From Bacteroidota bacterium (GTDB lineage Bacteria > Bacteroidota > Bacteroidia > UKL13-3), in contig JAZKBU010000005.1 in the NCBI GenBank assembly GCA_040388375.1, positions 352,395 through 416,394 of the forward strand: a stretch of DNA of 64,000 nucleotides, read 5' to 3'. The notes beneath the pieces are model-generated. The model was not told where the DNA came from and did no database searches. It worked only from the letters and a program-made list of their open reading frames with translations. Numbering within the stretch: the first letter of the stretch is position 1; each line of letters starts with the position of its first letter. A program made the translations under genes and the position numbers. This document shows positions 58,693-64,000 of the stretch, one piece after another.

Positions 58693-59859
58693 TTAAACAG
58701 CAGCCTTTTTCGACTGAAACATTTCAGCTAAAACAGCCACCGTTTTATCAATATCTTCACGGGTGTTTTGTTTACCAAACGAAAAACGAACAGGTGCTCT
58801 GTTAGGTTCTACATTTAAAGCACGTAATACATGGCTTCCTACTTCTGAACCACTACTGCAAGCGCTGCCACCACTTACTGAAATACCTGCAATGTCTAAT
58901 TTAAACAATAACATTTCGCCTATAGGATGAGGAGGAAATGAAACATTTAACACGGTATATAATGAGTTACCTTCTGCATCACCATTAAATTTTATTTCAG
59001 GTATGGCAGCCTTCAATTTTTCAATCATATATGTTTTTAACGATTGAATTTGTGCTTGTTTTTCTGCTACGTGGCTATAAGCTAATTCTAAGGCTGTAGT
59101 AAGTCCAACTATACCATACAGGTTTTCTGTACCACCACGCATGTTTCTTTCCTGTGCTCCACCGGTAATAAATGGTTGTAATTTGGTAGAGGAGTTTATA
59201 TAAATAAAGCCAACTCCCTTAGGGCCGTTAAATTTATGCGCAGCACAAGCTATAAAATGTACTTTTAACTTTTGTACATCAATAGGGTAGTGGCCTATGG
59301 TTTGAACAGTATCGCAATGGAATAAAGCATTGTATTGCTCGCATAAATTACCTACTTGTTCAACGTTTAATAAATTACCGATTTCATTGTTGGCATGCAT
59401 TAAACTTACCAAAGCATTGGGGTTGTTTTTTAATAGTTCTTCTAAATGTTCGTAATTAACATGTCCATTCTCTGTTAATTGAACCAAATGCATTTTTATT
59501 TTTCCTGCGTGGTCAAGCTCTTCTATAGTATGTAACACGGCATGGTGCTCAATAGGAGAGGTAATAATGTTTTTTATATTGTAATCTTTTACCGCTTTTC
59601 TAATAGCCATATTATCGGCTTCGGTACCGCCTGAAGTAAAAAATACTTCACCCGGTGAACAATTGATTAGCTGAGCAACTTTCCTTCTGCATTCTTCAAT
59701 TAAACTACGCGTTACTCTACCATGCGCATGGGTACTACTTGGATTTCCAAATTCGTTCACCATTACGTTGTACATGGCATCTGCAACTGTTTTGTCAAGA
59801 GGAGTGGTTGCTGCGTTATCAAGATAAATTCTGTCCATACTATTAAAAAAAGTTTTCAA
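58693..59859 (-). CDS. cysteine desulfurase (class V aminotransferase, NifS/IscS-like)
   Basis: YLDNAATTP, the FTSGGTEADN…, the PLP-lysine region (…HKFNGPKGVGF…) and the active-site …SGGSACSSG. An alternative start at MDRIYLD (59838) is possible. Confidence 0.85.
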   Translation of the reverse strand: MKTFFNSMDRIYLDNAATTPLDKTVADAMYNVMVNEFGNPSSTHAHGRVTRSLIEECRRKVAQLINCSPGEVFFTSGGTEADNMAIRKAVKDYNIKNIITSPIEHHAVLHTIEELDHAGKIKMHLVQLTENGHVNYEHLEELLKNNPNALVSLMHANNEIGNLLNVEQVGNLCEQYNALFHCDTVQTIGHYPIDVQKLKVHFIACAAHKFNGPKGVGFIYINSSTKLQPFITGGAQERNMRGGTENLYGIVGLTTALELAYSHVAEKQAQIQSLKTYMIEKLKAAIPEIKFNGDAEGNSLYTVLNVSFPPHPIGEMLLFKLDIAGISVSGGSACSSGSEVGSHVLRALNVEPNRAPVRFSFGKQNTREDIDKTVAVLAEMFQSKKAAV

Positions 59860-59894
59860 AAATACGTGATTAATTTATAATCGCTAATAAAAAT

Positions 59895-60479
59895 TCAGGA
59901 ATGGCTTTTAGCCATTTTGGTTCTTATTTTACTTAAAAACTCAGCGCTTATCCCTAAAAATGAGGCAATATGGTGCTGGGCTACGCGCTGGGGTATTTCG
60001 GGATAGGTTAATAAAAATGTTTTGTAACGTGTTTCAGCATCTTTTGATAAAGTATTTAAAAAACGTTGTTGCAAAGCGGCATGTGTTTTCTGAATCATTA
60101 ACCTGAACATGCGTTCAAATTGCGGCACTGTTTCAAATAGTTTTTCTTTATCCTGCTTTTCTATAATAAACAGCTCACAGTCTTCTAATGCCTGAATGTT
60201 AAGTTGAGTAGGCGTGTTTTGTGTATAACTGGCCAAATCACTTACCCACCAGTTTTCGGTACCAAAATGTAATACTACTTCCTGGTCGTTTTCATCAATA
60301 TGGTAAATACGCATACAACCTTTAATAATGAAGGCTTCAAAGTTGCAAACCTCACCCATAGTAAGTAAAAGTGTTTTGCGTTTTACTTTTTTAAACCGTA
60401 ATATGGAATGAAAAAAGTTGAGTTCACTTTCGTTAAGTGTGATGCAGTTAAAAATGTATTGATCTATTTGATTATACAT
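59895..60479 (-). CDS. Crp/Fnr family transcriptional regulator
   Basis: N-terminal cNMP-binding beta-roll and a C-terminal HTH (…RVAQHHIASFLGISAEFLSKIR). Confidence 0.75.
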   Translation of the reverse strand: MYNQIDQYIFNCITLNESELNFFHSILRFKKVKRKTLLLTMGEVCNFEAFIIKGCMRIYHIDENDQEVVLHFGTENWWVSDLASYTQNTPTQLNIQALEDCELFIIEKQDKEKLFETVPQFERMFRLMIQKTHAALQQRFLNTLSKDAETRYKTFLLTYPEIPQRVAQHHIASFLGISAEFLSKIRTKMAKSHS

Positions 60480-60483
60480 AACT

Positions 60484-61623
60484 TTAGTTTATAGCTAGTT
60501 TACGATATAAGGATGATAGTTTTGTTGCTTCTTTTTGCCAGTTGTAGTGGGTTTCAGTAGCACTTAAACAAGCACTGATACAGTTATTATAAAATGCAGT
60601 ATCATTAAATAGTTTTGCTATGGCATCACTTACTTCAGTAGCATTATTTAAATCAACAGCTATTCCTACTTGGTATTTTTGCAACACATCAGTATAAATG
60701 GTGCTGTTACAAAAAACGGAAGGTAAACCTACTGCCAGGTATTCAAAAAACTTTCTTTCATGGCTCACAATCATTTCAGTGGGCTGGTTTTTTAAACAAA
60801 TGGCTATTCTGCATTGCATGCTTATTTTATAAGCAGTATCCATATCCAAGTATCCATAAAAATGAATTTGATTTTTTATTTCATGGTAATGCGGATTGCT
60901 TTCAAAGTTTTGATCGGTTCGTGAGCCAAAATAACCAACGCAGTGCAGGTAATATACTTGGCCTTTTTGTTTCAGTAAATAAAGGGCATTGATTAAAACA
61001 TTGATGTCGTAATACATATCCTTAATCATGCCCACATAAAATATATGATTACCTGTTAACGATAGCCTGTCATCTATGCAATAGGGTTTCATTTTTTCTG
61101 CATCGGCAAAATTTTCAATAATGGTATACTGGTTTGGTTTTACATGGAAAATGGGCAAGAAAGAGTCGTTGGCAACTACCGGTATATAATGAATATGCTT
61201 ACTTGAATAACTTAAAAGTCTATCGTAAAAGTTGGCAATTAACTGTTTTCGTTTTGCGGGAATCCATGGTTTTAGTAAAATATCCTGTTTGGTATTTTCA
61301 TGAATATCGTAAATTACTTTTTTGCCTAAAAGGGAAAGCAATAATCCAAATGGAAGCATTTCAGCATCGTGTATATGGTAAATATGTGCTTGTTCTTTTA
61401 ATGCCAGTGTGAAAACGTTAAAAATAGTGGCAAAAACTCTCTGCCAACGATTTTTAGGTTTGGGAATACCAATAATTTTAACCCCGTTTTTATTACCTGA
61501 ATAATTGCCGATGGCAATTAAAGTTACATCAAAATCAGTTGCCATACTTACACATTCCCGATAAAAAACGCGTGTGTCTATAATACTATGTACTGAAGAA
61601 AAATGGCAGATTTTAATTTTCAA
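60484..61623 (-). CDS. glycosyltransferase (GT-B, family 4-like)
   Basis: 379 aa with C-terminal …ERKFFEYLAVGLPSV…, the E-x7-E-like region. Confidence 0.65.
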   Translation of the reverse strand: MKIKICHFSSVHSIIDTRVFYRECVSMATDFDVTLIAIGNYSGNKNGVKIIGIPKPKNRWQRVFATIFNVFTLALKEQAHIYHIHDAEMLPFGLLLSLLGKKVIYDIHENTKQDILLKPWIPAKRKQLIANFYDRLLSYSSKHIHYIPVVANDSFLPIFHVKPNQYTIIENFADAEKMKPYCIDDRLSLTGNHIFYVGMIKDMYYDINVLINALYLLKQKGQVYYLHCVGYFGSRTDQNFESNPHYHEIKNQIHFYGYLDMDTAYKISMQCRIAICLKNQPTEMIVSHERKFFEYLAVGLPSVFCNSTIYTDVLQKYQVGIAVDLNNATEVSDAIAKLFNDTAFYNNCISACLSATETHYNWQKEATKLSSLYRKLAIN

Positions 61624-61679
61624 TTGATTATTTTAAAAATATGGAGCAAGGTAAAAAAAAATGTACAATTTGAAATACA

Positions 61680-62108
61680 TCAATCAAAAAAGCTAAATAA
61701 TTCGTACTGGTTTTCGGAGTTTAGCTGCCATGAAAAATGCTGTAATCCGTTGCTGATGATAATGATTTTACATTTGAATTGTTGGTTGTACAAGGCTAAT
61801 TGCAGGGCTGTTTCGCTGTTTAGTTGAATAGATGGTGCTTTGCATTCAATTAAAATATCAGTTTCTGCATTTTTGTTAAAAACTAAAACATCAAACCTTT
61901 TTGTAGTATTTAAGTACACTATTTGTCGTTCCACAGCAATATGCGCTTTGCTAATATTTTTGTGCGTAATTAAATAGCTAATAATGTGCTGTCTTACCCA
62001 CTCTTCGGGGTTTAAGCTTACAAATTTTTTCCTTATCTGGTCGTAAATAAAGGGTTTATTTTGCTGCTTTTTTAGCTTAAATGGATATGTTGGTAGGTTA
62101 AGGTGCAA
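61680..62108 (-). CDS. standalone type I restriction enzyme HsdR N-terminal (PD-(D/E)xK-like) domain protein
   Basis: 142 aa. EEWVRQHIISYL…RFDVLVFNKNAETDILIECKAP has D…E-C-K spacing typical of the HsdR_N (PF04313) nuclease-like fold. Confidence 0.55.
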   Translation of the reverse strand: MHLNLPTYPFKLKKQQNKPFIYDQIRKKFVSLNPEEWVRQHIISYLITHKNISKAHIAVERQIVYLNTTKRFDVLVFNKNAETDILIECKAPSIQLNSETALQLALYNQQFKCKIIIISNGLQHFSWQLNSENQYELFSFFD

Positions 62109-62189
62109 AGTTTTGTATACAAATGTTCACAAATCAAATAAAAAGGCTCGAAAACTTTTAATTATTTGCAAACATAAAATAAACGAAAA

Positions 62190-63203
62190 GTGGCTACAGA
62201 AATATCTCTTCAGTTCAATAAAATAATGCAGGATTTAAAGGCAAAAAAGTTTGCTCCGGTTTATGTTTTGCATGGCGAAGAAACCTATTTTGTTGATGTT
62301 ATTGCAAATTATATAGAACATAATGCATTAGCTGAACATGAAAAAGGCTTTAACCAAACCATATTTTATGCTAAGGATATAGAGCCTAATCAGGTAATTG
62401 AAAGTGCCAGGCGTTTCCCTATGATGGCTGATAAGCAACTTATTATTGTAAAGGAAGCACAGGGATTTAAAAACTTTGATTCATTTGAAACTTATTTAGA
62501 AAAGCCGGTTCCCAGTACTATATTGGTTATATGTGTAAAAGGGAAAAAGCTTGATAAACGTACCAAATTCTATAAATCGGCCGACAAGTATGTAACTTTT
62601 GAGAGTGCCAAACTATATGAAAAGGATTTATTACCTTGGATAAAAAGTTATGTTCAAACGCAGGGATACACTATCAACGATAAATCGATTGCATTGATTG
62701 CTGACTCGTTGGGAAGTGATTTATCAAAAATTGCCAATGAATTGGATAAACTGTTTATCAATAAAAACGGCCCTGATAAAGACATAACGGATAATGATAT
62801 TGAAAAGTATATAGGCATTAGTAAAGAGTTTAATCCCTATGAATTATTATCAGCTATAGCTGCAAAAAACTCACACAGGGTGTTTAAAATAGCCCATCAT
62901 TTATCAAGAAATAAAGACTTTTCTATTATTCCTTTTGTAGCTATGGCTAGCGGTATGTTTGCCAAAGCTTACATCATTTCAAAAACAAATACACGCGATA
63001 AAAAAACAATTCAGTCAGCATTTGGGTTAGGTTACTATCAGGCTGATGATTATGTGAATTTGGTAAAAAATTACTCCATGAACGAATTGGAACGTATTAT
63101 AGCCTTGTGTGCTCAATACGACTTAAAAAGCAAGGGAATCAATAGTGTAGCGCTAAGTAGCCAGGAAATATTAAAAGATTTTTTGGTAAGACTATTCAAA
63201 TAA
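62190..63203 (+). CDS. holA: DNA polymerase III subunit delta
   Basis: 337 aa. The N-terminus …KKFAPVYVLHGEETYF… and the overall pattern are typical of HolA. Confidence 0.85.
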   Translation: MATEISLQFNKIMQDLKAKKFAPVYVLHGEETYFVDVIANYIEHNALAEHEKGFNQTIFYAKDIEPNQVIESARRFPMMADKQLIIVKEAQGFKNFDSFETYLEKPVPSTILVICVKGKKLDKRTKFYKSADKYVTFESAKLYEKDLLPWIKSYVQTQGYTINDKSIALIADSLGSDLSKIANELDKLFINKNGPDKDITDNDIEKYIGISKEFNPYELLSAIAAKNSHRVFKIAHHLSRNKDFSIIPFVAMASGMFAKAYIISKTNTRDKKTIQSAFGLGYYQADDYVNLVKNYSMNELERIIALCAQYDLKSKGINSVALSSQEILKDFLVRLFK

Positions 63204-63279
63204 ACCCACCGCTCGGCTTGATAATTTGTTATTTAATTGTTATTTCTGCATTTTAAAATAAACTAAAAAGAGTATTTAT

Positions 63280-64000
63280 ATGAAGAGAATTTTCCTATTT
63301 GGTATGGCTGCCTTAAGCATTTCTGCTTTTGCGCAAGCACCGCAAAAAACAAGACTTGCAAAGGTTACAACAGGAGTTGAACCAATGCAAGCTACAAAAA
63401 CTGTGAAGGAAGCTGACAAGCCTTCGGTAGTTAGAGTAAATGGTTCTAACAAATCAACTGCAACTTTTGGTAAAGGTGCAGAATTTCAAAGAACAGCTAA
63501 AGTTGGTGAAACTTTTAACAACCAACAAACCAATGGTTCTGTAGCTAACCACGTTTACTTACATGCCGGTGGAAAGGTTTCTTTAACCTGGACAACTGCT
63601 CAGGACAATCCTTCGCAAGGATCTAACTCAAGGGGTTCTGGTTATAATCATTTCAATGGAACTTCATGGATAAACCCAACTCAGGCATCTTTAAGAATTG
63701 ACCCTGAGCGTACAGGTTTCCCTTGTTATGCATACAGCGCAGCTACAAACGAAGAAATGATTATATCGCACGTAGTAAAAGCTTCGGGTACTCCAAATGC
63801 GGGTGCTGCAACCGGTTTAATGTTAAACCGCAAAACCGGATTAGGTGCTGGTACCTGGACAGGAACTACTGTTTTAGATTCATCTAACATAGCTATACCG
63901 GGTGTTCTTTGGAACAGAAGTGTAGTATCGGGTAACTATTTACACGTATTTGCTTCTTTTACTGATTCTGGAACCAACCAACCTAACAGACCTTATATTA
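63280..64000 (+). CDS. secreted protein, 5' portion only (runs off the right edge of the window); hypothetical
   Basis: ATG at 63280 followed by the signal peptide MKRIFLFGMAALSISAFAQA. The open frame continues to the end of the window. The product is Thr/Gly/Ser/Asn-rich. Confidence 0.5.
   Translation, partial: MKRIFLFGMAALSISAFAQAPQKTRLAKVTTGVEPMQATKTVKEADKPSVVRVNGSNKSTATFGKGAEFQRTAKVGETFNNQQTNGSVANHVYLHAGGKVSLTWTTAQDNPSQGSNSRGSGYNHFNGTSWINPTQASLRIDPERTGFPCYAYSAATNEEMIISHVVKASGTPNAGAATGLMLNRKTGLGAGTWTGTTVLDSSNIAIPGVLWNRSVVSGNYLHVFASFTDSGTNQPNRPYI

Noticed and set aside
58617-58730. 37-aa plus-strand ORF (MKNKLKRTKKEFSS…) in the sigma-factor leader
   Set aside because: Its 3' end overlaps the C-terminus of the cysteine-desulfurase gene on the opposite strand, it has no RBS-like context, and nothing suggests conservation. 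It is probably spurious.
1-64000. Searched for tRNA, rRNA, transposase, integrase, phage or toxin-antitoxin genes
   Set aside because: All non-coding gaps are AT-rich and lack tRNA-like GC-rich cloverleaf segments such as GGTTCGAATCC-like T-arms. No ORF shows transposase, integrase, phage-structural or toxin-antitoxin signatures. The region looks like stable chromosome, not a mobile island.

Overview
This 64-kb window looks like a chromosomal segment from a low-GC member of the Bacteroidota. The T9SS C-terminal sorting domains, Bacteroidota-style -7 promoter motif, short NuoG and the DUF3822-rsmD-coaD arrangement point to Flavobacteriia, Sphingobacteriia or Cytophagia. Coding density is high, almost every six-frame ORF of 130 aa or more has a clear assignment, and I found no rRNA, tRNA, CRISPR array, transposase or integrase.

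The window divides into five blocks:
- 1-21 kb: housekeeping genes, including rdgB, ilvE, aroQ, a GNAT acetyltransferase, an M13 peptidase, a TonB-dependent receptor next to a LytS/LytTR two-component pair, a proline dehydrogenase, aroB-aroA and a large LysM protein.
- 21.1-39.7 kb: a roughly 18.6-kb Wzx/Wzy-type surface-polysaccharide locus, all on the minus strand. It has two Wzz-like and two Wzy-like paralogs and an amino-sugar tailoring module (aminotransferase, WbqC-like protein, dehydrogenase, ATP-grasp, metallophosphoesterase). It also carries two tandem beta-propeller glycosidase-fold paralogs, a methyltransferase and three glycosyltransferases.
- 39.9-46.7 kb: a bifunctional nuclease, nupC, a thioesterase, a TPR/TolB-like/OmpA protein, trxB and pepT.
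- 46.85-54.8 kb: a complex-I operon, nuoABCDEFGH-(clpP-like)-I. A complete ClpP-family serine protease gene sits between nuoH and nuoI, separated by 13 bp and 7 bp. The operon then ends at a strong bidirectional terminator with no nuoJ-N in the window. This is the most striking feature here.
- 54.8-64 kb: coaD, rsmD, a DUF3822-like gene, thioesterases, an ECF sigma factor, a cysteine desulfurase, a Crp/Fnr regulator, a glycosyltransferase, a standalone HsdR_N-domain protein, holA and a truncated secreted-protein gene.

Several non-coding signals are also visible. There is a 38-bp tandem repeat made of doubled 12-mers in a divergent promoter region. A repeat-rich nuoD-nuoE spacer contains an inverted repeat. 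Two genes carry in-frame 9-bp triple repeats. There are several clean rho-independent hairpins.
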